This document shows, one piece after another, positions 25,413-35,553 of a stretch of DNA of 64,000 nucleotides. Below the pieces are notes generated by a model that saw only the letters and a list, made by a program, of their open reading frames with translations, was not told the origin of the DNA and made no database searches. The DNA lies in NCBI GenBank assembly GCA_964361825.1, contig CAYICB010000001.1, positions 30,644-94,643 on the forward strand. The letters run 5' to 3'. The stretch is from an uncultured Candidatus Saccharibacteria bacterium. Lineage in GTDB: Bacteria; Patescibacteriota; Minisyncoccia; Phycocordibacterales; JACOZG01. Numbering within the stretch: the first letter of the stretch is position 1; every line of letters begins with the position of its first letter. The position numbers were made by a program, and so were the translations under genes.

Positions 25413-27113
25413 ATGGTTGAGTTCCAAGAAGATAAACAAAATCAAAAAATTTCCGAGCTGCACCGGAAAGAAGCTGAAGAACTCGCTCAAATTCTTGCCA
25501 AAAAACACGGCCTCCCCTATCTCGATCTCTCCAATTTACCCATCAATACCGATGCGCTACGTTTAATTTCTGAAAGTGAGGCTCGGCTCGCCCAAGTGGC
25601 CGCCTTCAAGATTTCTGGCAAGCAAGTTTATGTGCTCACTGTGGCTCCCGAGAGCTTAGCGACCAAAAAACTGCTTGAAGAATTGCAGGGCAAAAACTAC
25701 AAACTTGAGGTTTATCTTGGTTCACCCACTAGTCTAGAGCGCGCCTGGAGTCGCTACGGAGAAATTTCGGTTTCGACCAAAACCGAAGCCGGTGTAATCG
25801 ACATTTCTAATGAGGACATCAAACGCTTTGTGACTGAACTCAAAGATTTGCCTTCAATTAAGGCTCTCCTCGACCAAGAGGGAAGCCTCGCGCTCAAAGA
25901 GGGCGGGATTTCGTCTTTATTAGAAATTGTTTTGGCCGGAGGTTTGGTTACCAAAGCTTCCGATATCCACTTTGAGCCAGAAGAGCAAGGAGTGCGCTTG
26001 CGTTATCGTCTTGATGGGGTGCTAAATGATCTCGTTAATTTACCCGAGAAGCTTTACCGTCAAGTTCTTTCGCGCGTGAAGCTGGTTTCCGGCCTAAAAC
26101 TTAATGTGAAGCAAAATGCTCAAGACGGTCGCTTTAGCCTCCGATTGGATCAAGGTGATATTGAAATTAGAACTTCGGTTTTACCGGGGGCTTATGGTGA
26201 ATCAATTGTTTTGCGCTTACTTAATCCAGAAACCCTCACCGTGGGTTTAAATAATTTGGGCATGGAACCTGATCTCTTGGCCCGAGTTGGCGAAGAGATC
26301 AAAAAACCTAATGGTCTCATTTTACTCACCGGACCCACCGGTTCAGGAAAAACCACCACTCTCTACGCTTTCCTCAAAGAAATCAATACCCCCGACAGCA
26401 AAATTATTACCATCGAGGATCCGATTGAATATCATTTGAAAGGGGTTAATCAAACGCAGGTGAATCCAGAGAAAGATTATACTTTCCTGTCTGGTTTGCG
26501 CAGCGCCTTGCGCCAAGATCCCGATATTATTATGGTGGGAGAAATTCGCGATTCAGAAACCGCCGAAATTGCGGTAAATGCCTCGCTCACCGGCCACCTC
26601 GTTTTCTCCACCCTCCACACCAACAATGCCGCCGGCACCATCCCCCGCTTAGTTGATCTGGGAGTAAATCCGAAGGTGCTCGACTCGGCACTTAATATCG
26701 CTCTGGCTCAACGCTTAGTCCGCAAACTTTGCCCTGATTGTCGAAAGCCCGCTTCTCCTAATGCTGAAGAAAAATCTTTAATAGAAAAGGTTTTAGCGGC
26801 CGTAAAACAAAAGCGTCCAGAATTTATCGCTCCCGACCCGACGATTTTTTCCTCAAACAATTGTGCGGCCTGCCATGGCACTGGTTATCGTGGTCGAATT
26901 GGGATCTTTGAGGCAATTATCGTTAATCAAAAAATCGCCGACCTGCTGCTTTCGGGTAATCCTAATGAACGAGAACTGCGCCTCGCGGCTCTGGATCAAA
27001 AACTGTTGGACATGCGCGAAGACGGGGTGATCAAAGTTCTTTCCGGCATCACCTCCTTTGCCGAACTAGCACGAGTAATTGACCTAAATGAAGAAATTCT
27101 TATGGCCACTTGA
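25413..27113 (+). CDS. pilB: type IV pilus assembly ATPase PilB / GspE family
   Basis: N-terminal GspE_N-like domain, Walker A LLTGPTGSGKTTTLYA, Asp box, His box and tetracysteine CPDC...CAACHGTG. Confidence 0.85.
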   Translation: MVEFQEDKQNQKISELHRKEAEELAQILAKKHGLPYLDLSNLPINTDALRLISESEARLAQVAAFKISGKQVYVLTVAPESLATKKLLEELQGKNYKLEVYLGSPTSLERAWSRYGEISVSTKTEAGVIDISNEDIKRFVTELKDLPSIKALLDQEGSLALKEGGISSLLEIVLAGGLVTKASDIHFEPEEQGVRLRYRLDGVLNDLVNLPEKLYRQVLSRVKLVSGLKLNVKQNAQDGRFSLRLDQGDIEIRTSVLPGAYGESIVLRLLNPETLTVGLNNLGMEPDLLARVGEEIKKPNGLILLTGPTGSGKTTTLYAFLKEINTPDSKIITIEDPIEYHLKGVNQTQVNPEKDYTFLSGLRSALRQDPDIIMVGEIRDSETAEIAVNASLTGHLVFSTLHTNNAAGTIPRLVDLGVNPKVLDSALNIALAQRLVRKLCPDCRKPASPNAEEKSLIEKVLAAVKQKRPEFIAPDPTIFSSNNCAACHGTGYRGRIGIFEAIIVNQKIADLLLSGNPNERELRLAALDQKLLDMREDGVIKVLSGITSFAELARVIDLNEEILMAT

Positions 27114-27123
27114 AATATAAAAA

Positions 27124-27297
27124 AATCGAACCTTTTAATCTCCAAGCAATCCTTTCGCTAGTGATATTGAAAGTTAGGTTGGTTATTAAGGATAGTTCCA
27201 GCGGTCTACCGCCGAAGCGGAGAACCAGAACGTCCTTCTAACTAACCCGTTTAAGTCCTAAAAGGACTTAGTTGCTTGGAGATTAAAAGGTTCGATT
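27124..27297. repeat. MITE-like element / long structured hairpin with 26-bp perfect terminal inverted repeats
   Basis: AATCGAACCTTTTAATCTCCAAGCAA at 27124-27149 is the exact reverse complement of 27272-27297. The 122-bp interior has nested hairpins, including CCGC-CGAA-GCGG. Confidence 0.5.
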
Positions 27298-27331
27298 ACC
27301 TACCGCCACACCTTAGCATAAAACAAAACCA

Positions 27332-28333
27332 ATGTCAAGTAATACCAATCCAGACCGCTTTCTCGACAGCGCCCTGCGCCCTTCAGTTTGGGCTGATTAT
27401 GTCGGCCAAGAGAATATCAAAGATAACCTCAAAATACTACTAGGTGCAGCCAAAGAGCGCAACCAACCGCCTGAACACCTCCTGTTTTATGGCCCGCCGG
27501 GCCTAGGCAAGACCACCCTCGCCCACCTCATTGCCAAGGAGCTGGGGGCGCAGATTAAGGTTACCGCTGGCCCCACCATTGAGAAGGTTGGCGACCTAGC
27601 TTCGATCCTAACCAACCTCACTGCCGGTGATATTCTCTTTATTGATGAAATTCATCGGCTCAATAAGACCATTGAAGAGGTGCTTTACCCCGCTATGGAA
27701 TCAGGCACCCTCAATATTATTATTGGCAAGGGCCCGGGGGCGCGAGTGATTCAGCTTGATCTCCCCCCTTTTACCCTCATTGCCGCTACTACCCGCATTG
27801 CCCTCCTTTCTGCCCCGCTCCGTTCCCGCTTTTCTGGTGGCACTTTTCGCCTTGAGTTTTACACTCTCCAAGAAATTGAAGAAATTATTTCTCGTTCGGC
27901 CAGAATTCTAGAGATCCCCATTAGCCAAGAAGCGGCGGCCGAAGTGGCCAAACGCAGCCGTTTTACCCCCAGAATTGCCAACCACCTCCTTAAACGCTCG
28001 CGCGACTTTGCCCAAATTAATAAAACTGATATTGACGCCCGGGTCGTTGCCGAAACTTTAAATTTACTGGGAATTGACGCTCTGGGCTTAACGGCCGCCG
28101 ATCGCCGCATTTTAGAAGCGGTAATCCACAAATTTAATGGCGGACCAGTGGGGCTCGGCACCATTGCCGCCGCCACCTTCGAAGAAGAGGCGACGATTGA
28201 AGAGGTGCACGAGCCTTACTTACTCCAGCTCGGTTTTCTCGAGCGCACTCCCCGTGGCCGCCTCATTACCCGTAAGGCCTATGACCATCTCAAGCTCTCA
28301 TTCCCTAAGAATCGACAAGAAGGGATGTTTTAA
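27332..28333 (+). CDS. ruvB: Holliday junction DNA helicase RuvB
   Basis: LLFYGPPGLGKTTLAHLIA and the AAA+ RuvB layout. Confidence 0.9.
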   Translation: MSSNTNPDRFLDSALRPSVWADYVGQENIKDNLKILLGAAKERNQPPEHLLFYGPPGLGKTTLAHLIAKELGAQIKVTAGPTIEKVGDLASILTNLTAGDILFIDEIHRLNKTIEEVLYPAMESGTLNIIIGKGPGARVIQLDLPPFTLIAATTRIALLSAPLRSRFSGGTFRLEFYTLQEIEEIISRSARILEIPISQEAAAEVAKRSRFTPRIANHLLKRSRDFAQINKTDIDARVVAETLNLLGIDALGLTAADRRILEAVIHKFNGGPVGLGTIAAATFEEEATIEEVHEPYLLQLGFLERTPRGRLITRKAYDHLKLSFPKNRQEGMF

Positions 28334-28346
28334 TTAAGCTAAAGCC

Positions 28347-28901
28347 ATGGCTGGGCATAATAAATGGACGCAAATTAAGCGGCAGAAGGAGGTGGTTGAT
28401 AAAAAAAAGAGCAAGATTTTCTCGATTCTCGCTCGCATCTTAACCCTTGAAGCCAAGCAAGCTAAGGGCGACCGCAATGCTCTGGGTTTAAAAAAGGCGA
28501 TCGAAAAAGCGCGGCTGGCCAATGTGCCAAACGATAATATCGAGCGGGCGATTGCCCGCGGCCTCGGTGGTGAGGGTGGCGAACTAGAAACCGTAGTGTA
28601 TGAGGCTTATGGTCCCGGTGGTACCGCCCTGCTCATTACCGGTATTACCGATAACAAAAACCGTACTTCTCAAGAAATTAAACACCTGCTTACCGAGCAC
28701 GGCGCTAGCCTCGCCCCGCAAGGCTCGGTCACTTGGGCTTTTACAAAAACAAATGAAGGTCTGTCTAATCAACCGGCGGGTTGGCAAGCTAATAATTTGC
28801 TCGATTTATCTGAGGCCGATCAAAGCAAAATTAATTTGCTTCATTTGGCCCTCGAGAATCACGAAGACATCGAACACATTTATGATAATTGCCGGCATTG
28901 A
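28347..28901 (+). CDS. yebC: YebC/PmpR family DNA-binding regulator
   Basis: MAGHNKWTQIKRQK N-terminus. Short at 184 aa. Confidence 0.8.
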   Translation: MAGHNKWTQIKRQKEVVDKKKSKIFSILARILTLEAKQAKGDRNALGLKKAIEKARLANVPNDNIERAIARGLGGEGGELETVVYEAYGPGGTALLITGITDNKNRTSQEIKHLLTEHGASLAPQGSVTWAFTKTNEGLSNQPAGWQANNLLDLSEADQSKINLLHLALENHEDIEHIYDNCRH

Positions 28902-29364
28902 TCCCGGGTACGGCAAAATGGGGGTGGCCATAATTGAGGGCGAAAAACTTTTGTTTTCTGATTGCCTAATTACTTCGAGTAAAGAAAGTTTGGCTGATCG
29001 TTTGCTCCAACTTGGTCAAGATTTTGAAAAAATTCTCAAAAAATTTTCCCCCGAGCGTTTGGCGCTAGAAAAACTTTTTTTTACCACCAATCAAAAAACG
29101 GCGATGGCCGTGGCAGAAGCCAGAGGCATGATTACTTATCTTGGTCGCGCTCATGGGCTCAAGATTGCTGATTACACCCCGCTCGAAATTAAGCAAACCA
29201 TTACCGGTTATGGTCACGCCAGCAAAAAGCAGGTGGCAGATTTTCTCCCCAAACTGATTAAAATCGACAAAAAAATTAAGGAGGATGATGAGCTCGACGC
29301 CATTGCCGTGGCCCTCACCGATCTCTTTATCCACAAGTCTCGGGCAATTGGGTTGCAAAAATAA
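28882..29364 (+). CDS. ruvC: crossover junction endodeoxyribonuclease RuvC
   Basis: MIIAGIDPGYGKMGVAI...DAIAVAL. Overlaps yebC by 20 bp. Confidence 0.85.
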   Translation: MIIAGIDPGYGKMGVAIIEGEKLLFSDCLITSSKESLADRLLQLGQDFEKILKKFSPERLALEKLFFTTNQKTAMAVAEARGMITYLGRAHGLKIADYTPLEIKQTITGYGHASKKQVADFLPKLIKIDKKIKEDDELDAIAVALTDLFIHKSRAIGLQK

Positions 29365-29568
29365 AAGCGGGGTGCTAAAACTTAGCGGTGTTTTCGAAAG
29401 TTAAAGGTCGGAAACAATTTATTGGTAAAATTTTAAGCAAAAATATGGAAGAAGCAGAGAACTTAGACGAAGTAGCGGGTACGGAAGAAGAGGATGACGA
29501 TTTAGAAAAGCTTTCTGGCGCTGATGACGACGACGATGACGCCGAGGAAGAGGCCACTGACGAATAAA

Positions 29569-30720
29569 TTAAACCCGCAACTTTAGAAAACGTTTTTTTC
29601 CGATCTGAAGATCAAGGTCACCGCTTAGGCAATAATCCGAGGCGGTGATTTTGTTACCAGTCAGTTCTTTGATTGCGCCGGCATCGAGCAAACGCCGGAA
29701 GTCGCTTTTTGATTCTACGATTTTTTCGCGGAGCAAAATGTCGACGAGTAATTCTCCCACTGCTACCTGCGTCGCCGGTAATTCTGCCGGCATCGCACCA
29801 TCACTAAACTTGGTTTGGAAGTCGCGCGCGGCGCGCTTAGCCTTCGCTTCACCATAAACTAATTTTACAATTTCGCTCGCCAAACACATCTTCGCTTCTT
29901 TCGGATGACCGACCAGAATCTTTTTTACCTCCTCGTCAGGCAATCTGGTTAAAAGCTCGAAACTCGAAGGAATTAATTCATCTCCCCAACTCATAATCTG
30001 GCCATACATATTTTCTGGCGAGTCAGAAAAGGCGGCCAAATTACCTTCGGTCTTACCCATTTTCTTGCCATTATTATCGACTAATAATTTAGTCGTCAAA
30101 ACAAATTTTTCTTTCCCCGCCCGCTTAAGCAAAGTTCGGCCTGCAAGCATATTAAAGGTTTGGTCATTGCCACCAATTTCTAAATCCACCCCCAAAGCCA
30201 CCGAATCATAACCTTGCATCAGAGGGTAAAAAAATTCATGTAAGTGAATTGGTTCACCCGCCTTAAAACGCTTCTCGAACATGTCGCGTTCAAGCATCTG
30301 CGCCACCGTAAACTCGCTCGCCAGCTCAAGCACTTCGGCAAATTTAAGTTTAGCGAGCCATTTACTATTGAAGACAATCTTCACTTTGGCGAGATCGATA
30401 ATCCGCGCGAGCTGTTTTTTATAACCTCTCAAGTTTTCTTTCACTTCTCCCACAGTAAGTTGCTGTCTGGTTGCCTTTTTATCTGTGGGGTCACCAACCA
30501 TAGCGGTAAAATCACCCACCACAATCAAGGTTTCGTGCCCCGCTTCGGCCAAATCGCGCAATTTAAGCAAGGGCACCAAGTGTCCAAGGTGCAAATCGGG
30601 GCCAGTGGGATCAATGCCCCAGTAAACTTTTAGTGGCTGGCCCAAGCGTAAACGCTCGGTTAAAGCCTCGGTGGAAGGATAAATTTTTTCTACCCCACGA
30701 GTCAAAATTTCTTCTCTCAT
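29569..30720 (-). CDS. tyrS: tyrosine--tRNA ligase
   Basis: HIGH-type HLGHLVPL, KMSKS-type KMGKTEG and a C-terminal S4-like region. Confidence 0.8.
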   Translation of the reverse strand: MREEILTRGVEKIYPSTEALTERLRLGQPLKVYWGIDPTGPDLHLGHLVPLLKLRDLAEAGHETLIVVGDFTAMVGDPTDKKATRQQLTVGEVKENLRGYKKQLARIIDLAKVKIVFNSKWLAKLKFAEVLELASEFTVAQMLERDMFEKRFKAGEPIHLHEFFYPLMQGYDSVALGVDLEIGGNDQTFNMLAGRTLLKRAGKEKFVLTTKLLVDNNGKKMGKTEGNLAAFSDSPENMYGQIMSWGDELIPSSFELLTRLPDEEVKKILVGHPKEAKMCLASEIVKLVYGEAKAKRAARDFQTKFSDGAMPAELPATQVAVGELLVDILLREKIVESKSDFRRLLDAGAIKELTGNKITASDYCLSGDLDLQIGKKRFLKLRV

Positions 30721-30755
30721 TCGACTAAATTTAACATAATGTTAGGATTAGACCA

Positions 30756-33215
30756 ATGATAAAAAAGGTGTTTTTATTTGCCGTGGCCTTGGGTCTAGTA
30801 ATTGGTGGCTCCGGCCTCTTGTGGCTCGCCACGCTCGACATCCCCGATTTCGGCTCTTTCGACGAGCGCCTCATTGCTCAATCAACCAAAATCTATGACC
30901 GCACGGGCAAAATTCTCCTCTACAATGTTCAAGACGAAGTGAGGCGCCACATTGTTAGTTCGGAAAACATTTCTCGGCATATCAAAAATGCCACCGTCGC
31001 CATTGAAGATGATCAGTTTTATGAACACCGCGGAATTAAACCGATGGCTATTCTCCGCGCCGTTTTTGTAAATTTGGGGGCTGGCACCTTAAAACAAGGC
31101 GGCTCCACCATTACCCAACAATTAATTAAAAATACTTTACTAACTCAAGAAAAAAAGTTTTCCCGCAAAATCAAAGAGGCGGTGCTCGCCGTCAAACTAG
31201 AGAAAGTGATGAACAAAGAGCAAATTCTCAATCTCTATCTCAATGAAACACCCTATGGCGGCAATATCTACGGCGTGGAAGAAGCGGCTCAAGCCTTTTT
31301 TGGCAAAAGCGCCAAAGAAGTAAGTCTGGCCGAAGCGGCTTATATTGCCTCGGTGCCTAAGGCCCCCACTTTCTACTCGCCTTATGGTCAAAATAAAGAA
31401 AAATTAAAGGAGCGACAAAGTTTGGTCCTCACTAGAATGCGCGAACTTGGTTTTATCACTAAAGAAGAGGAGCAAGCGGCACAAACAGAAATCGTCACCT
31501 TTTTGCCCCCACAAAATCGAGGCATTAAAGCACCCCACTTCTCTCTCTGGGTGAGAGATTATCTAGAAGAAAAATACGGTTCAGAGGTGGTGCGGAGCCG
31601 TGGCTTAAAAGTGACCACCACTCTCAATTGGGAGTGGCAAAAGCAAGCGGAGGAGGTGGTGGATAAAATTGCCCCGGGAAATGAAGCTAATTTCAGAGCT
31701 AAAAACACTGGCCTCGTGGCCATCGATCCAAAAACCGGCGAAATTTTGGTAATGGTGGGCTCTCGTGACTACTTTGAAGTCTCCAATGACGGCAACTTCA
31801 ACACCACTCTCGCTCATCGTCAGCCCGGATCAGCCTTCAAACCTTTCGTTTATGCCACCGCCTTTAATAAAGGTTATACACCAGAAACGGTTCTTTTTGA
31901 TCTAGAGACCCAGTTTGATGTTAATTGTGGTGACGGAGGTAATTGTTATAAACCGCAAAATTACGACAGCCTTTTCCGCGGGCCCATTAATCTCCGCAAT
32001 GCTCTGGCTCAATCGATCAACATTCCAGCGATTAAAGTCCTCTATCTCGCCGGTATCAATGATTCACTCAAAACGGCTCGGGAAATGGGCATAAAAAGCC
32101 TCGGAAATGATCCAAATCTCTATGGCCTAACCTTGGTACTAGGTGGTGGTGAAGTTTCTCTCCTTGAGCTTACTAGCGCTTATGGCGTGTTTGCTAATGA
32201 TGGACTAAGGTCGCCTTATTTTAATATTCTAAAAGTCGAAGATGCTGAAGGCAAAATTTTGGAAGAAGCTAGTCCAAGAACCACGCGCGTTTTACCAGAA
32301 AATACCGCCAGATTAATTTCTGACATTCTCTCTGATAACCAAGCCAGAACTCCATTGTTTGGGGAAAATAATTTACTTACTTTTGGCGATCGCGAAGTAG
32401 CGGCCAAAACTGGTACCACCAATGATTATCGCGATGCCTGGATCGTAGGTTACACCCCCAATGTGGTAATCGGCGCCTGGGCGGGCAATAACGATAATAC
32501 CCCGATGGAAAAAAGGGTGGCCGGGATGATTATCGCCCCTCTCTGGCATGAAGTAATGGCCAAAATTCTCCCCGATCTCAATGCCGAAAGTTTTACTGAT
32601 CCCCTACCCACCTTTACCGATCTCAAGCCCGCGCTCCGTGGCTATTGGCAAGGTGGCGAAAGTTATTTTATCGATAAAATTTCGGGCAAATTAGCCACGG
32701 CATACACCCCCACCGAATTACGGGAAGAAAAAGTTTTAACCTCGGTGCACTCAATCTTGTATTGGTTAGACAAAAATGACCCTTTAGGGTCAAAGCCGTC
32801 ACGACCCGAGCGCGATCAACAATTTGCCCTTTGGGAAGAGCCGGTTCGCGCTTGGGCGAGAACGAAAAACATTATCGAACAAAATTTATCTGATTTGCCC
32901 AAAGAAGAGGATGATGTCCACTTACCAGAATTTGCTCCGCGCGTCGAAATCACCTCACCCAATAGCAATCAAACTTATGAAGCGAGCACTAATCTCACTA
33001 TTGAGATTGAGACCGATGGCGAGTACTCCATTGAAGAGGCCACCTTCTTTCTCAACAATAATTACCTCGGCGCCAGCAATCGCGCGCCGTTTAGTTTCCG
33101 CTTCCGACCAGCAGAATTAGAGAATCTCCAAGAACGCAATGAGCTCAAAGTGATTGTTTACGATAAAATGCGAAACCGCGGAGAAACTAGCATTACCCTA
33201 AAGTTAGATTACTAA
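30756..33215 (+). CDS. class A penicillin-binding protein (glycosyltransferase + transpeptidase)
   Basis: GT51 motifs (EDDQFYEHRGI, GGSTITQQL) and the transpeptidase SAFKPF(SxxK), SxN and KTGT motifs. Confidence 0.85.
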   Translation: MIKKVFLFAVALGLVIGGSGLLWLATLDIPDFGSFDERLIAQSTKIYDRTGKILLYNVQDEVRRHIVSSENISRHIKNATVAIEDDQFYEHRGIKPMAILRAVFVNLGAGTLKQGGSTITQQLIKNTLLTQEKKFSRKIKEAVLAVKLEKVMNKEQILNLYLNETPYGGNIYGVEEAAQAFFGKSAKEVSLAEAAYIASVPKAPTFYSPYGQNKEKLKERQSLVLTRMRELGFITKEEEQAAQTEIVTFLPPQNRGIKAPHFSLWVRDYLEEKYGSEVVRSRGLKVTTTLNWEWQKQAEEVVDKIAPGNEANFRAKNTGLVAIDPKTGEILVMVGSRDYFEVSNDGNFNTTLAHRQPGSAFKPFVYATAFNKGYTPETVLFDLETQFDVNCGDGGNCYKPQNYDSLFRGPINLRNALAQSINIPAIKVLYLAGINDSLKTAREMGIKSLGNDPNLYGLTLVLGGGEVSLLELTSAYGVFANDGLRSPYFNILKVEDAEGKILEEASPRTTRVLPENTARLISDILSDNQARTPLFGENNLLTFGDREVAAKTGTTNDYRDAWIVGYTPNVVIGAWAGNNDNTPMEKRVAGMIIAPLWHEVMAKILPDLNAESFTDPLPTFTDLKPALRGYWQGGESYFIDKISGKLATAYTPTELREEKVLTSVHSILYWLDKNDPLGSKPSRPERDQQFALWEEPVRAWARTKNIIEQNLSDLPKEEDDVHLPEFAPRVEITSPNSNQTYEASTNLTIEIETDGEYSIEEATFFLNNNYLGASNRAPFSFRFRPAELENLQERNELKVIVYDKMRNRGETSITLKLDY

Positions 33216-33469
33216 AAAAGATCAGTGGGCGCTTGGCGATCCAGTAAATCTCGCAGTAAAGTTAGAATTTTTTCCTTCTTGATAAACACCGCGGAGCGTT
33301 CAATGGGCGTTAGGGTCAAAAAAACCTTGCGACCGGTAAATTTAATTTGCTTTGGTGTCAATTCTATTCCAGCCAAACGAAAAATAGCTTCGGCCACAGC
33401 CTCTTTTTGCTGCCGATCAGCTGGTTCCAACACCTTAAACTTAGCCAAATACTTCTCGAGATTATTCAC
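33212..33469 (-). CDS. DUF721/DciA-like small protein
   Basis: 85 aa with a loose DUF721-like pattern. Located near dnaN/dnaA. Weak call. Confidence 0.3.
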   Translation of the reverse strand: MNNLEKYLAKFKVLEPADRQQKEAVAEAIFRLAGIELTPKQIKFTGRKVFLTLTPIERSAVFIKKEKILTLLRDLLDRQAPTDLF

Positions 33470-33576
33470 CCTTTAAGCATAGCCTTACTTGACTAATTAA
33501 ACTACTTATGTTAAGTTAGCAAAACTCTCGGGTGTCTGAGAGACAGGGTGGAAGTTCTTTCACAGGAGAAGACAGT

Positions 33577-34170
33577 ATGAAGTATGTGATTATGGCTCTG
33601 TTGAGCGGTTGTTTGGCGATTTGGTTGGTGGGGTGTGGGGCGATGGAAAGCGCCACCTTGGCCAACCAGATACCGGCCGAAGAAGCTGGTCAGGAACAAT
33701 CTTTTTCAACGAGGTATGGAGGTGGTTACGAGATTGAGAACGGCGACGAAAATTTCGCCGAGATCGATGACGTAACACAAGGCAACGGCAACAGCGACGG
33801 TGGTGGCAATGGCGGGAACACAGAAGATCGCCCATGGCTTCCACTCACCCTCGGCGGATTTGTTGGGACTTACCAAATGTGTGGTAGTCCGTGGCAATAT
33901 CTTCCTTCGGAAGGCTACGAAACCATCACCGTGGTGGCAATCGGCGGAAAAAATCCAGAAAAGTCTTACGAGTATCTGGTTCGCTGGTTTTTTCCTGACG
34001 AGTCGTACCGAGAAGGAACTCTTGCCGAAGTCGGCACGGTTCGAATTTCTCTCGACACCATCGGCGACCTTGTCGCTTACATAAGCGACGATGACGGTGA
34101 GACTTGGGAGGAGTTTAACCTGATCAGTATTGTTCCTTACTTCCCCTACGAAAAGGGTGGCAAGGGCTAA
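33577..34170 (+). CDS. hypothetical lipoprotein
   Basis: Signal peptide with lipobox (MKYVIMALLSGCLAIWLVGC) and a Gly/Asn/Asp-rich region. Confidence 0.45.
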   Translation: MKYVIMALLSGCLAIWLVGCGAMESATLANQIPAEEAGQEQSFSTRYGGGYEIENGDENFAEIDDVTQGNGNSDGGGNGGNTEDRPWLPLTLGGFVGTYQMCGSPWQYLPSEGYETITVVAIGGKNPEKSYEYLVRWFFPDESYREGTLAEVGTVRISLDTIGDLVAYISDDDGETWEEFNLISIVPYFPYEKGGKG

Positions 34171-34250
34171 CGACAGAATGAGCCTTCCGGGGACCTTGGG
34201 GAAGAAGTTGGCCCGCACGAGCACAATGCTCGGGCGGGTCTTTTTTGTTT

Positions 34251-35348
34251 CTAACGATTCATGGGCATTACCAAGTAGGAGAAGGAGGGGTCGGCTGCGC
34301 CACGGAAGAGCACGGGTTTGGTTTTGCCATTAAATTTAATTACCACTTCCTGATCGCTCAAAGATTGAAACATTTCGAGCAAATAGCGAACATTGAAGCT
34401 CATTTCTATCGGTTCACCAGTAATCTCGGCACCAAGCCTTGCCGCGCTTTCCCCCACCTCACTATTTTGAGACACAATTTCGACATTTTTATTATTAGGC
34501 TGAACCTTGCAATCAATTTGGTTGAGTTTATTAGCAAAAACATTAACCAGCTTCAGATTAGCGAGCAAATCATCGCGGGTCAAAATTACTTCGGTTTTTG
34601 CCTCTTTAGGCATAATTTGTCGGTAATCAGGATAAACCCCGTCAATTAAACGCGAAATGAAGTAAAAATTATTACTCGTAATCGCTAATTGATTTTTATT
34701 AAAGTTAAGCACTACCTTATCCCCCACATTTTCAAACAAACGAATAATTTCTGACACGTTTTTTGCTGGAATAATCATTTCCAAATTGGATTTTAAACTA
34801 GGCATGATGATTTTTCGTTCAGATAGCCTAAAAGAGTCCGTGGCCACGAAAAAAAGTTGATTTTCTTCACTATACAGATAAACGCTATTAATCTCTGGCT
34901 TAATACTCGAGGTAGCCGAAGAGAAAAAAACCGACTTCAACCCCCCAACCAAGGTTTCGGCCGATATTTCCACATCCTCTGATTCGGGTTGAATTGGTAG
35001 GGAAGGAAAATCACCCACTGGTAAAGCTTTAACTAAAATTGTGTGGTAAACAGAGGAAACCAAAATATTCTCGTTCACCAACTCCAGTTTTATTTTGTCT
35101 TCTTTTAGATTATTGAGGAGTGATATCAGGGTTCCAGCTTTTATTACAACCTGGCCCTCTTTTTCGACCTTAGCGGGGATCTTAATCTCCACTCCAACAT
35201 CAAGATTAGTGGCTCTAATCACTAAAATTTCTCCCATCACTTCAAGTAGTACCCCAGAAAGCACTGGCAAAGAGAGATTTCTACCGGTTAATCTTTCAGC
35301 TAAAGTTAAAGCGTCCCGCAAAATATCTTTCTTACACTCTAATTTCAT
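34251..35348 (-). CDS. dnaN: DNA polymerase III beta sliding clamp
   Basis: Three-domain clamp, 365 aa, directly downstream of dnaA. Confidence 0.9.
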   Translation of the reverse strand: MKLECKKDILRDALTLAERLTGRNLSLPVLSGVLLEVMGEILVIRATNLDVGVEIKIPAKVEKEGQVVIKAGTLISLLNNLKEDKIKLELVNENILVSSVYHTILVKALPVGDFPSLPIQPESEDVEISAETLVGGLKSVFFSSATSSIKPEINSVYLYSEENQLFFVATDSFRLSERKIIMPSLKSNLEMIIPAKNVSEIIRLFENVGDKVVLNFNKNQLAITSNNFYFISRLIDGVYPDYRQIMPKEAKTEVILTRDDLLANLKLVNVFANKLNQIDCKVQPNNKNVEIVSQNSEVGESAARLGAEITGEPIEMSFNVRYLLEMFQSLSDQEVVIKFNGKTKPVLFRGAADPSFSYLVMPMNR

Positions 35349-35553
35349 AATATCTTTAGTTTAATTAAATAAATGATAGTAATGTGGCTGGGGATAAGTG
35401 GATTGTCTGATTAAAGTTAAGACGAAAGTTGGTCGTAATAGGTCTAAAAGCCTGATTAACCAAAAGGAAACTGGTTGTTTGTCTTAAAACACCTTTAGAA
35501 ACATCCGATTTCTCCAGAGGTCTTCCACAGGTTTTCATAAACTTATCCACAGT
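35349..35553. other. candidate oriC (dnaA-dnaN spacer)
   Basis: DnaA boxes TTATCCACA (35543-35551) and TCTTCCACA (35521-35529), plus AT-rich stretches (tttaattaaataaatgatagtaatg). Confidence 0.5.

Noticed and set aside
27285-27300. GGTTCGATTACC T-loop-like motif, suggesting a tRNA
   Set aside because: No acceptor or anticodon arms can be built. It is the terminal inverted repeat of the MITE-like element.
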